Source of the DNA: an uncultured Verrucomicrobiota bacterium
Lineage (GTDB): Bacteria > Verrucomicrobiota > Kiritimatiellia > PWTM01
Length of the DNA stretch: 64,000 bases
Direction of reading: 5' to 3'
NCBI GenBank assembly: GCA_964610105.1
Contig: CAZSUU010000003.1
Coordinates: forward strand, 18,417-82,416
Shown here: in pieces, positions 1 through 9,133 of the stretch
How the letters are laid out: every line of letters begins with the position of its first letter
Numbering within the stretch: the first letter of the stretch is position 1
Notes under the pieces: model-generated
What the model was told of the DNA's origin: nothing
Database searches by the model: none
Seen by the model: only the letters and a program-made list of their open reading frames with translations
Made by a program: the position numbers and the translations under genes

Positions 1-699
1 GAGCACGCGCTTGTTCTGCAGCGCGAACTGCTCGGCCACCGCCAGGCTGATGTCCGGGACGAGCAGGCATTCCACCGTCGGGTCCGCCGCCGTGTGAATG
101 AACAGAACGGCGCGCGAGAGCGCCCCCTGCTCCTCCAGCGTGTCGCGGAAGAACAGGTAGTCGTCGTGCTTCAATCCCATGCCGCCCAGGACGATCACGT
201 CCACCTCGGCCTGCAGCGCGATGCGCGCGAGCAGGGGGTTGTAGGGCTCGCCGGCGATCGAGAAGACGGGGAGCTTCTGCGACTCCACCAGCGAGTTGAA
301 GACGTCGATCATGGGAAGGCCCGTCCGGACCATCTTGCGGGGGATGATGCGCTTGGCCGGGTTGACCGACGGACCGCCGATCTCGATCAGGTTCTCGGTG
401 ATCGCCGGACCGCGGTCGCGCGGCTGTCCGCTGCCGGTGAACACCCGCCCGAGCAGCGCCTCCGAGAACGGCACCTGCATGGTGTGGCCGAGGAAGCGCA
501 CCTGGGCGTCGGTGGAGATGCCGCGGCTGCCGGTGAAGACCTGCAGGTCCACGCGACCGCCCTCCAGGCGAATCACCTGGGCCAGCGAGGTCCCCATGGC
601 CGAGGTCACCTGCGCCAGCTCGCGGTAGCTCACCCCCGTCGCCTGGACGGTGATGACGCTGCCCGCGATCCTGTCGATGCGGTGGTAGACCTTATGCAT
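1..699 (-). CDS. atpB: V-type ATP synthase subunit B (start at 699; C-terminus cut by window edge)
   Basis: Reverse-strand translation from ATG at 699 gives [31 protein letters not shown]...[12 protein letters not shown], typical V-ATPase B N-terminus; overlaps atpA stop by 8 nt. Confidence 0.85.
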   Translation of the reverse strand, partial: MHKVYHRIDRIAGSVITVQATGVSYRELAQVTSAMGTSLAQVIRLEGGRVDLQVFTGSRGISTDAQVRFLGHTMQVPFSEALLGRVFTGSGQPRDRGPAITENLIEIGGPSVNPAKRIIPRKMVRTGLPMIDVFNSLVESQKLPVFSIAGEPYNPLLARIALQAEVDVIVLGGMGLKHDDYLFFRDTLEEQGALSRAVLFIHTAADPTVECLLVPDISLAVAEQFALQNKRVL

Positions 700-2428
700 A
701 GTCCGCGACCTCCACGATCATCTTCTCGATCTGGCCCTCGACCGCCGCGAACTCCGCCGCCTTCTGCTCGACGCGGTTCCAGTCCTTCGTGACCTGGGTC
801 AACTTGAGGAAGAACCGGCGCGCGGCGTCCTTGTCCGCGAATTTCATGCGGGTCTTGAGGATCTTGTGGATGCGCCCGAACACGTACCGCTGGCGCTCGG
901 CGGGGGTCGCCGCGTCGACCTCGTGGTAGGCATCCTGCTGCAGGTACACCGCGTCGACGTACTCCGACTTCAGGTAGGTCACGAAGTCGTCGACGGTGGT
1001 GCCCTCCTCGCCGACGACCTTCATCATCTGGTTGACATCGCTGCCCTCGCCCAGCGTTCGCCGGGCGAACGCCACCTGCTCGGCATCGACGACCCCGGTG
1101 TACTTGCTCCAGCTTTCGAGCGGGTTGATGGCCGGGTAGCGGCGCTGGTCGGACCGCTCGCGGGACAGGCCGTGGAACGCGCCCACGACCTTCAGCGTGG
1201 CCTGCGTCACCGGCTCCTCGAAGTTGCCGCCGGCGGGGCTGACCGTGCCGCCGATCGTGACCGAACCCAGGGCGCCGTCCTTGAGCTTCACGATCCCGCC
1301 GCGTTCGTAGAAGGCGGCGATCACCGATTCCAGGTACGCCGGGAAGGCCTCTTCGCCGGGGATCTCCTCGAGCCGGCCCGACATCTCGCGCAGGGCCTGC
1401 GCCCACCGGGAGGTGGAGTCGGCCAGCAGGAGGACGTTCAGCCCCATCTGCCGGTAGTACTCGGCGATCGTGACCGCGGTGTACACGGAGGCCTCGCGGG
1501 CGGCGACGGGCATCGAGCTGGTGTTGCAGATGATCAGCGTCCGTTCCATCAGGCTCTTGCCCGTCCGCGGATCCGTGAGCGCCGGGAACTCGCGCAGGGT
1601 CTCCACGACCTCCCCGGCCCTCTCGCCGCAGGCGGCGATGATGACGATGTCCACCTCGGCGTACCGGCTCGTGATCTGCTGCAGGACGGTCTTGCCGGCC
1701 CCGAACGGCCCGGGAATGCAGTACGTGCCGCCGCGCGCGACGGGGAAGAAGGTGTCGATGATGCGGACCTTGGTGACCAGCGGTTCGGTCGGGCGCAGCC
1801 GCTCGGTGTAGGCCCGGATGGGCATCTTCACCGGCCACCGCTGGAAGAGGCGGATGTCGCGGAGATGATCCTCCTCGTCGCGCACGCGACAGACGACGTG
1901 ATCGACGGGATACTCGCCCGCCGGGGCGACCTCCTCCACCTTCAGGGTCCCCCGCAGGCCGAAGGGGACCATGATGCGGTGTTCGAAGATCCCTTCCGGG
2001 ACCGAACCGACCTTCTCGCCGGCAGACACCCGGTCACCCGGCTTCGCGGAGGGCGTGAACGCCCACGTCCGCGCCCGCGGCAGGGCCTCCATGTACTCGC
2101 CCCGCTTGAGGAAGAACCCGTGTTTCGCGGCCAGCTCGGGGAGGGGATTCTGCAGGCCGTCGAAGACCTGGGTCAGCAGGCCCGGCCCCAGCTCCACCGA
2201 GAGCATCTCGCCCGTGAACTCGATCCGGTCGCCCTCCTTGAGGCCGGTGGTGTCTTCGAACACCTGCATCTCGGCATAGCGCCCGCGAATGCGGATGACC
2301 TCCGACTTCAGCCTCTGCCCCGCGCCGGCGACGGCGAAAGCCACTTCGTTCTGTATGACCGGCTTCTCGAATTCGACCGTGAGCAGGTTGCCGTTCACCC
2401 CCACGATCCGACCGATGTTCTCACTCAT
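692..2428 (-). CDS. atpA: V-type ATP synthase catalytic subunit A
   Basis: Walker [10 protein letters not shown]; N-terminus [20 protein letters not shown] matches the family start. The ORF track begins at 2485, but the first 19 codons are low-complexity. Confidence 0.9.
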   Translation of the reverse strand: MSENIGRIVGVNGNLLTVEFEKPVIQNEVAFAVAGAGQRLKSEVIRIRGRYAEMQVFEDTTGLKEGDRIEFTGEMLSVELGPGLLTQVFDGLQNPLPELAAKHGFFLKRGEYMEALPRARTWAFTPSAKPGDRVSAGEKVGSVPEGIFEHRIMVPFGLRGTLKVEEVAPAGEYPVDHVVCRVRDEEDHLRDIRLFQRWPVKMPIRAYTERLRPTEPLVTKVRIIDTFFPVARGGTYCIPGPFGAGKTVLQQITSRYAEVDIVIIAACGERAGEVVETLREFPALTDPRTGKSLMERTLIICNTSSMPVAAREASVYTAVTIAEYYRQMGLNVLLLADSTSRWAQALREMSGRLEEIPGEEAFPAYLESVIAAFYERGGIVKLKDGALGSVTIGGTVSPAGGNFEEPVTQATLKVVGAFHGLSRERSDQRRYPAINPLESWSKYTGVVDAEQVAFARRTLGEGSDVNQMMKVVGEEGTTVDDFVTYLKSEYVDAVYLQQDAYHEVDAATPAERQRYVFGRIHKILKTRMKFADKDAARRFFLKLTQVTKDWNRVEQKAAEFAAVEGQIEKMIVEVADYA

Positions 2429-2520
2429 GACTCGCTCGCTTCGCTTGCCTGGGCCGGACCCCGGAGCGCCGGAATTGAGGATCAACCCCGGGGACGGCCG
2501 GTCTCAACCCAAGGTGTTCT

Positions 2521-3060
2521 TCACTTCGACTTGGCGTCGCCGGCGGCGCCGGCCTCCACAAACTCGTCCACCTTCCGCCGGCCCGCTTCCTCGCTGAGGC
2601 CCGCCCACCGCTCCGCAATCCGCAGCTTGACCGCAAACGCAAGCAGGCCGTCGAGGCCGAACGGAGACGCCCGCCCCAGGTCATCCGCCACACGCCACCG
2701 GCACCGGTCGAGTTCCATCTCCCGTTCCAGGGGGTTGGGCTTCGCGTAGGCGTCGGCCACCGCCTGGGCCACGCTCATGTCGAATCCCGGGTGGTCGTGA
2801 AGGAATCCGCGGGCGTCGATCCCCGCCTCGGCGGCCCGCGCGCGGGCCACCGCGTTGCGCACCTGCACCTCGCGCGCCTGCCACCCGTCGGCGAATCGGC
2901 CGCCGCCCGCCGGGCGTCCGTCGAGCAGCGCATCGACCATCGCCAGCTCCGCCGCCGAGATCATGCCCTCGCACCGGCGCCGGAACTCCGCGCAACTGAA
3001 CGGCGGCGGATCGCCGAAGAAGAGCATCGGCAGGCTGGCGACCAGGTAGGTGTGATTCAC
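2521..3060 (-). CDS. V-ATPase operon-associated hypothetical protein (DUF2764-like, as found between atpE and atpA in Chlamydia-type operons)
   Basis: 179 aa, N-terminus MNHTYLVASLPMLFF; sits between atpE and atpA. Family assignment is by operon context and N-terminal motif only. Confidence 0.55.
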   Translation of the reverse strand: MNHTYLVASLPMLFFGDPPPFSCAEFRRRCEGMISAAELAMVDALLDGRPAGGGRFADGWQAREVQVRNAVARARAAEAGIDARGFLHDHPGFDMSVAQAVADAYAKPNPLEREMELDRCRWRVADDLGRASPFGLDGLLAFAVKLRIAERWAGLSEEAGRRKVDEFVEAGAAGDAKSK

Positions 3061-3083
3061 GGCGGATTCCGATCCCGGCGGGG

Positions 3084-3713
3084 TCAGCCCTGGCTCGCCT
3101 CCCGCGCCGCCTCGTGAACGATCTCCGCCAGGTGCTGCCGGAGGAAATTGCTCAACGCCTCGGCGATGGCCTGCTGGGTGAACTGGTGTTCGACCTGCTC
3201 ATCCACCACGTGCACCTTGAATCCCTTGAGGATGCCGTTGTCGGTGTGGATCTCGATGCCCCGCACCAGCTTCTGCCGGTACTGGTCGGCGAAGAAGCGC
3301 ACGATCTCCGCCTGATCCTTCTCGCCGATCAGCATCTCGATCCGGCTCTCCGCGCCCTTCTGCATGCAGTAGGACTGCGCGATGGTGAGCATCATCTTCT
3401 GCATCGTGGCGGTGTCCAGCGCCTTGTCCACGGACTCGCCGATGATGTCCTGGAGGATGTTCTCCACCCCCTGCCCGACGGTGATCAGCAGGTCCCGGGC
3501 CGCCTGCTCCAGCGTGCGGGTGCTCCGCTCGACATAGACCTGGGAGTCTTTGTCCGCCTTCTCGATGATCGCCTTGGCGCGTTCCTCGGCTTCCTTGACC
3601 GTCTCCGCGGCGATCTCCTTCGCGCGCGCCACGATCTGGGCCGCCTCCTGCTCCGATTTCTCGATCGCCTCCTTGTGGATGCGGTCGATCAGATGCTGAA
3701 GTTCCTCTGCCAT
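3084..3713 (-). CDS. atpE: V-type ATP synthase subunit E
   Basis: 209 aa, highly charged coiled-coil (EAIEKSEQEAAQIVARAKEIAAETVKEAEERAK), first gene of the operon. Confidence 0.75.
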   Translation of the reverse strand: MAEELQHLIDRIHKEAIEKSEQEAAQIVARAKEIAAETVKEAEERAKAIIEKADKDSQVYVERSTRTLEQAARDLLITVGQGVENILQDIIGESVDKALDTATMQKMMLTIAQSYCMQKGAESRIEMLIGEKDQAEIVRFFADQYRQKLVRGIEIHTDNGILKGFKVHVVDEQVEHQFTQQAIAEALSNFLRQHLAEIVHEAAREASQG

Positions 3714-3815
3714 GTCGGACTCCCTGCCGGTCGGCCGTCCAGCCGTCTGCCGGCGCTGGTTTTCGTCCCGGGTGCCGCCATCCGCGCTCGGTCACTCCGG
3801 AAAATTTGCCCGAAT

Positions 3816-3844
3816 ACTATAGGAAGAGGCCCCCGCCGGTTCAA
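3816..3844 (-). promoter_or_regulatory. Predicted sigma70-type promoter of the V-ATPase operon (TTGAAC-17-TATAGT on minus strand)
   Basis: Minus-strand sequence cTTGAACcggcgggggcctcttccTATAGTat about 100 nt upstream of atpE ATG. Confidence 0.35.
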
Positions 3845-3988
3845 GCAAAACGACCTGCAGACGCGAAACCGCCAAGCCAATTCCAATTGAACAGGAGGCC
3901 ACGGAGGCATCAGAGAGATCGGTCCAACCCTCGACCGTTGCCGCGGCGCGGTCGGGGACCCCGCCCTACCCGCCACCGGATGAAGGCG

Positions 3989-4801
3989 CTAATCCGCTTC
4001 CCCGTCCGGGGCGCCGGCGGCCTGGCGCCGGCAGATGCCGCGGCGGGAGCCGGCGATGAACTCGGCCCATTCCGACGCCGGTCCCACGGCGAATTCCCGG
4101 CGCAGGGTATCGACCGCCTGCTTCATGTTCAGGCCCGACCGGAAGACGATCTTGAAGGCGCGCTTGACCTCCAGGCGTTCGGCCGGGGAGAGGCCGGCGC
4201 GCCGCATGCCGACGGTATTCAGTCCGGCGATCGTGTTCCGCATCACACCGGCCGTCGTGCAGAAGGGCAGCACATCCATGCCGATGCCGGACAGTCCGGC
4301 CAGCATGGCGAGGCGCCCGATGCGGGTGAACTGGTGAATCACGACGTTGCCGCTGATGAACGCCCGTTCGCCCACCTGCACGTCGCCGGCCAGCAGGGCC
4401 CCGTTGGCGAGGATCACGCCGTCGCCCAGCGTCACGTTGTGCGCGACATGGCTGTTGGCCATCAGGAAGCACCCCCGTCCGATCACGGTGGCGGAGTTCT
4501 CGTGGGTGCCGCGGTGGATGGTCACCCCCTCGCGGATGACGCACTCGTCGCCCACCTCCACGCGGCTGTGGACGCCCTTGAACTTCAGGTCCTGCGGCCA
4601 GTCGGCCAGCACCGCGTGGGCATGCACCCGGCACCGCGCCCCGAGGCGGGTGTGCGGGAGCAGCACGGCGTGCGGGCCGATCTGGCATCCCTCGCCGACG
4701 ATCACGTCCTCGCCGATGACGCAGTACGGACCGACCCGCACGCCGTCGGCGAGGCGGGCGGAGGGATCGATGACGGCCGTGGGATGAAGGATCGAGCTCA
4801 T
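3989..4801 (-). CDS. lpxA: Acyl-ACP--UDP-N-acetylglucosamine O-acyltransferase
   Basis: 270 aa, left-handed beta-helix hexapeptide repeats, MSSILHPTAVIDPSARLADGVRVGPYCVIG... Confidence 0.9.
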   Translation of the reverse strand: MSSILHPTAVIDPSARLADGVRVGPYCVIGEDVIVGEGCQIGPHAVLLPHTRLGARCRVHAHAVLADWPQDLKFKGVHSRVEVGDECVIREGVTIHRGTHENSATVIGRGCFLMANSHVAHNVTLGDGVILANGALLAGDVQVGERAFISGNVVIHQFTRIGRLAMLAGLSGIGMDVLPFCTTAGVMRNTIAGLNTVGMRRAGLSPAERLEVKRAFKIVFRSGLNMKQAVDTLRREFAVGPASEWAEFIAGSRRGICRRQAAGAPDGEAD

Positions 4802-4806
4802 GTTGT

Positions 4807-5577
4807 TCAGACTCCGAAGTCCACCATGCCAGATTCCCGTATGCTGAAGAAACCGCTGCCGCCGCTCCCGAATCCCTCCCGGCCGACGATGACGTGGTCC
4901 AGCACCTGGATGCCGACGATGCGGCCCGCGGCGACCATCTGGCGGGTGATGGCCAGGTCGTCGGCCGAGGGCGCCGGGTCGCCCGAGGGATGGTTGTGGG
5001 CCAGTACGACGCTGGCGCTGTTGGCCCGGATCGCGTGGAGAAACACCTCGCGCTGGTGGATCGGGCTCGAGTCGAGCAGCCCCTTGGTCACCTCGACGGG
5101 GCCCTTCGTGATGAGGCGGTTCTTCTTGTTGAGCGGCAGGATCCAGAACCGTTCGACCTCCGAGGCCACGGCGGAGGGGCGGAGGATCCCGGCCACGTCG
5201 GCCGGAGCGCGGACGCGCGGAGCGTCCATCAGCGACACGTCGCGGGCGCGCCTTCCCAGCTCGAAGGCCGCGATGAGCGTGAGCGCCTTCACCCGCCCGA
5301 CGCTCTTGACCGACATGAGCTCCTGCAGCGAGGCGCGGCTGAGGTCCGCCAGCGTCGGGAACCGGGCCAGGATCTCGGTGGCCAGGTCCAGTACGTTCTT
5401 CCGCCGCATGCCGGTCCGCAGGAGCACCGCCAGCAGCACGTCGTCCCCGGCCGCCGACGGCCCCTTCTCCTCCAGCATCTCGCGCGGCTGGAGGCGGACG
5501 GGCAGGTCCTTGATCCGGAGCGGCGCGGGCGCCTCCGGATAGGCCAGGCCCTGTTCCTTCGGACGGTCGTTCATTCG
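4807..5577 (-). CDS. radC: RadC-family JAB/MPN domain protein
   Basis: JAMM motif HNHPSGDPAPSADD, helix-hairpin-helix N-domain. Start set at MNDRPKEQ; the longer ORF would overlap hflX. Confidence 0.8.
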   Translation of the reverse strand, partial: RMNDRPKEQGLAYPEAPAPLRIKDLPVRLQPREMLEEKGPSAAGDDVLLAVLLRTGMRRKNVLDLATEILARFPTLADLSRASLQELMSVKSVGRVKALTLIAAFELGRRARDVSLMDAPRVRAPADVAGILRPSAVASEVERFWILPLNKKNRLITKGPVEVTKGLLDSSPIHQREVFLHAIRANSASVVLAHNHPSGDPAPSADDLAITRQMVAAGRIVGIQVLDHVIVGREGFGSGGSGFFSIRESGMVDFGV

Positions 5578-6872
5578 GGCTCCGCGGAGCGCGCCTGCTC
5601 GACGAGATACGGCGCGATCTGGCCGGCCAGCCGGGAGGGCATCCGTCCCTCCACGCACCAGGTCCGGTCGGTGAATCGCTCGGATTCTATGCTTGCGCCC
5701 TGCCGGATCAACGCCTGAATGCGCCCCTCGCCCAGCGGGACGCGCGCGGCAAAGGGGACGCTGCGGTCGCGAAGGCAGTCGGCGATCTCCGCGCGAAGGG
5801 CGTCGAGCCCGTCCCCCGTGAGCGCGGAGATCGCGACCGGCCGGTGACCATGGGATTCGAGCCTGCCCGCCTGGCGAGCCCCCTCGGGGCGGTCCACCTT
5901 GTTCAGCACATCGATCACCGGGCGTTCGGCCGCCCCGATCTCGGCGAGGACCCGCCGCACGGCGTCGGCCTGCATCCTGACCTGGGGATGCGAGGCATCC
6001 ATGACGTGCATCAGCAGGTCCGCCACCGCCGCCTCCTCGATCGTGGCCTTGAAGGCGTCCACGAGGTGGTGCGGAAGCTTGCGGATGAAGCCGACGGTAT
6101 CGGTGAGCAGGGCCGGCTGGTGGTTGGGCAGCTCGATCCGCCGCGTCGTGGGATCGAGGGTGGCGAAGAGCTTGTCATCCGCATATACCCGCGAGCCGCT
6201 CAGGGCGTTGAGAAGGGTCGATTTGCCCGCGTTCGTGTACCCGACGAGGCAGACCAGCGCCCACCCGTGCCGCCGGCGTCCGCGCCGAAGCTCCGCCCGG
6301 CGCGAGCGGACCTGTTCGATCTCCCGCCGGATGCGGACGATGCGGGTCTCGATGCGGCGGCGGTCCAGCTCCAGCTGCTGTTCGCCCGGGCCGCGCAGGC
6401 CGATGCCGCCCTTCTGCCGTTCGAGGTGCGTCCACATGTGCCGGAGGCGCGGCAGGATGTACTCCAGCTGCGCCAGCTCGATCTGGAGGCGGCCCTCGCT
6501 CGTGTGCGCCCGGCGGGCGAAGATGTCCAAGATCACCTGGGTCCGGTCGATCACCCGCCGGCCCACGATGTCCTCCACGTTGCGCCCCTGGGCGGGGGAA
6601 AGGTCCTCGTCGAACAGGATCACGTCCGCCGCCAGGCTCGCGGCCAGATCGCGCAGCTCCTCGCACTTGCCCCGTCCGAGGTACGTCGCCGGGCTCACCT
6701 TGCGCAGGCGGCAGACGAAACGGCCGACCGTCGTCACGCCCGCCGTCGTCGCCAGCTCGGCGAGCTCGTCGACCGAGTCCCCGGCCACCCAGGCGGGCTC
6801 GTCCCGCGGGTGGGCGCCGGCCAGCAGCGCGCGTTCGAACGCCGGCTCAGAAATGGAGGGAGATCGGTCCAT
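5571..6872 (-). CDS. hflX: GTPase HflX
   Basis: G1 GYTNAGKST, G3 DTVGF, G4 NKVD; N-terminal HflX domain. Start taken at MDRSPSISEPAFERALLAG (ATG 6872). Confidence 0.85.
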   Translation of the reverse strand: MDRSPSISEPAFERALLAGAHPRDEPAWVAGDSVDELAELATTAGVTTVGRFVCRLRKVSPATYLGRGKCEELRDLAASLAADVILFDEDLSPAQGRNVEDIVGRRVIDRTQVILDIFARRAHTSEGRLQIELAQLEYILPRLRHMWTHLERQKGGIGLRGPGEQQLELDRRRIETRIVRIRREIEQVRSRRAELRRGRRRHGWALVCLVGYTNAGKSTLLNALSGSRVYADDKLFATLDPTTRRIELPNHQPALLTDTVGFIRKLPHHLVDAFKATIEEAAVADLLMHVMDASHPQVRMQADAVRRVLAEIGAAERPVIDVLNKVDRPEGARQAGRLESHGHRPVAISALTGDGLDALRAEIADCLRDRSVPFAARVPLGEGRIQALIRQGASIESERFTDRTWCVEGRMPSRLAGQIAPYLVEQARSAEPE

Positions 6873-7791
6873 GCGCGTTCCAAACGGCCTGCACAAGGTC
6901 GGCGAGCTCGGACGGCGGCGTCTCCTCCGCCCGATCGATCCAGACGACACGGGTCTGGTGACGGAACCAGGTCATCTGTCGCTTGGCATACTGGCGGGTC
7001 CGGAGCACGGTTCGCGCGACGGCCTCCGCGGGACGGCATCGCCCGTCCGCCACGGCGAAGGCCTCCTCGTAGCCGATGGCGTGTCGGGCGGTCTCGGAGA
7101 GGGGGCCGTCCTGCCGCGCCAGGCGCCTCGCCTCCTCCAGCAACCGCCCCGCGAACAGGTCCCTCACCCTTGCCTCGATCCGCCGCTGCAGGAGGGCGGC
7201 GGGCAGCCGCAGTCCGGCCATGACGCCCACGGACGCGAGGGCCGGACGGCCCCCGCGGTGCCCGCCTCCCCGAGCAATCTCCAGCGCGCGCGCCAGGCGG
7301 CGGGGGTTGCGCGGGTCGGCCAGCCGCGCCAGCGCACCGGGCGAGGCCTCCTCCAGGCGCTGCTGGAGGGCCTCCACGCCGCCCGCGCGGAGCGCCTGCT
7401 CCGCTTCGCGCCGGACCGCCGCATCGGCGGCCGGCAGGGGATCGAGCCCGCAGAAGAGGCAGCGGAGGTAGAAGCCCGTACCGCCGCAGACGATCCACGC
7501 ACCGGCGCCGGACGCGGCGATCGCAGTCCGGACCCGTCGCACATACTCGCCGGCGCTCCCGGTCTCGTCCGGCCGGAAGAGGTCCACGCCGGCATACCTG
7601 AAACGGCGCAGGTCCTCCGCCGAAGGCTTGGCGGTGCCGACGTCCATGCCGCGGTAGACGAGCATGGAGTCGGCCGACAGGATCGGCCAGCCGGTCCGCG
7701 CGGCAAGGATATGCGCCACCTCCGTCTTCCCCGACGCGGTGGGTCCCACCAGCACGAAGGCCCGGGCGCTGCCCGACGACGACCCGCTCAT
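6847..7791 (-). CDS. miaA: tRNA dimethylallyltransferase
   Basis: P-loop GPTASGKT, then SADSMLVYRGMDVGTAKP. Start at MSGSSS, ATGA-coupled to the lspA stop. Confidence 0.85.
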   Translation of the reverse strand: MSGSSSGSARAFVLVGPTASGKTEVAHILAARTGWPILSADSMLVYRGMDVGTAKPSAEDLRRFRYAGVDLFRPDETGSAGEYVRRVRTAIAASGAGAWIVCGGTGFYLRCLFCGLDPLPAADAAVRREAEQALRAGGVEALQQRLEEASPGALARLADPRNPRRLARALEIARGGGHRGGRPALASVGVMAGLRLPAALLQRRIEARVRDLFAGRLLEEARRLARQDGPLSETARHAIGYEEAFAVADGRCRPAEAVARTVLRTRQYAKRQMTWFRHQTRVVWIDRAEETPPSELADLVQAVWNAHGPISLHF

Positions 7792-8300
7792 GCCGGTCCG
7801 CCGACCTTCCCGCCCGGCGGCGGCGGCGTCGCCTGCCCCGACTCGCCGCGGCGCGGAAACTCCTCCAGCACCGTGGACAGGATGTACACGCCGACGCCGA
7901 CGCATATGGCGCTGTCGGCCAGATTAAAGGTGGGCCAGTGGTGACCGCGCCAGTGGAAATCGAGGAAGTCGGTGACGTATCCCAGCCGGACGCGGTCCAG
8001 CAGATTCCCGACGATGCCGCCGACCAGGAGGCCGAGCGCGAGCCGGTGCGAAAACGTGTCGCTGAGGAACGAGCGCCGGAACAGGACCATCACGGCCAGC
8101 ATCACCACGGAGAGCACGATCAACCCCGTGTTCTGCCCTCCGAACATGCCCCAGGCGGCCCCGGTGTTGCGCAGGTAGGTGAGATCGAACACGCCCTCGA
8201 TGACGGCGCGCGGCTGCGACAGGGCGAAGCCCTGGCGCACGATCTCCTTGGTCCACTGATCGGCCACCGCCACCAGCACCGCCACCACGAGGGCCAACAT
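7788..8300 (-). CDS. lspA: Lipoprotein signal peptidase II
   Basis: 170 aa, four TM segments, conserved NTGAAWG and FNLAD motifs. Confidence 0.85.
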   Translation of the reverse strand: MLALVVAVLVAVADQWTKEIVRQGFALSQPRAVIEGVFDLTYLRNTGAAWGMFGGQNTGLIVLSVVMLAVMVLFRRSFLSDTFSHRLALGLLVGGIVGNLLDRVRLGYVTDFLDFHWRGHHWPTFNLADSAICVGVGVYILSTVLEEFPRRGESGQATPPPPGGKVGGPA

Positions 8301-8327
8301 GACCGCCCCCCCCAGGAACCTCGAGAT

Positions 8328-9020
8328 TCAACCTTCGGACGGAGGGATGACGGACGCAGTGAACGGACGGAATCGCTTGCGATTCCGCTCCATCTCCTCC
8401 TGCGCCTCGCGGCTGTACCGGGCGTACGGAAGCACCTTCAGCCGTTCGGGCTCGATGGCCTGCCCGGTCATCTCGCAGATGCCGTAGGTCTTGGCCTCGA
8501 TCCGGTGCAGCGCCTCGTCGATCTCGTACAGCACCTCCTGCTCGTTGCTGACGAGCGAGAGCGCGAACTCCCGGTCGAAGTTGTCGGTTCCCTGGTCGGC
8601 CATGTGCATGCCGTAGTTCGACAGATCCCCCGAGGCCTCGCGCTGGGAGTTGTTCAGGTTCTCTCCGGCCAGGAAGGAAATCTCGTCGACGATCTGGTCG
8701 CGAAGATTGAGCAGCAGCTTGCGGTAGGTCTCCAGGTCCCGCGGCGAAAGGTGAGTCGGCCGGGCCTTGGCCGCGGGGGCGGGCGCCGGCGTCTTGCCGG
8801 CCCGGGCCGCCTTCGCGGGCCGCGACGGAGGCGTGGGCGCGGCATGCGCGGCGCGACGGGCGGGCTTCGCGGCCGGCCTCGCCGGTTTGGCCCCGTGTCT
8901 GGCCGACGCCGCCGCTCCCTTCGCACGGGCGGCCCTGGCCGCCGGACGCGGCTTCGTGTGCGCCTTTCCCGCGGGCCTGGCGGTCTTCTTCGCTGCCGTC
9001 TTCTTTCTTGCCACTGCCAT
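8328..9020 (-). CDS. DksA/TraR-family protein with N-terminal Ala/Lys/Pro-rich histone-like tail; zinc-finger cysteines absent
   Basis: C-terminal YGICEMTGQAIEPERLKVLPYARYSREAQ aligns with the DksA C4 region, but only one Cys remains. N-terminal ~100 aa is AKKTARPAGKAHTKPRPAARAARAKG-type low complexity. Confidence 0.6.
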   Translation of the reverse strand: MAVARKKTAAKKTARPAGKAHTKPRPAARAARAKGAAASARHGAKPARPAAKPARRAAHAAPTPPSRPAKAARAGKTPAPAPAAKARPTHLSPRDLETYRKLLLNLRDQIVDEISFLAGENLNNSQREASGDLSNYGMHMADQGTDNFDREFALSLVSNEQEVLYEIDEALHRIEAKTYGICEMTGQAIEPERLKVLPYARYSREAQEEMERNRKRFRPFTASVIPPSEG

Positions 9021-9133
9021 GATACTCCCCTCCGGTTGCGACACCGGACGCCTTTGAGATCGGGATGGTCCCCGCGATCAAAAAAGTGCGGCTATGTAAC
9101 ACACGGGCACCCCCCTGTCAATGGCGGAACCGG

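Noticed and set aside
866-2749. 627-aa plus-strand ORF, and other long ORFs overlapping atpA, hflX and miaA (for example 5899-7944, 7938-9293)
   Set aside because: All are antisense to genes with clear family signatures. Translations are Arg/Ala/Gly/Pro-rich, as expected for reverse frames at 68% GC.
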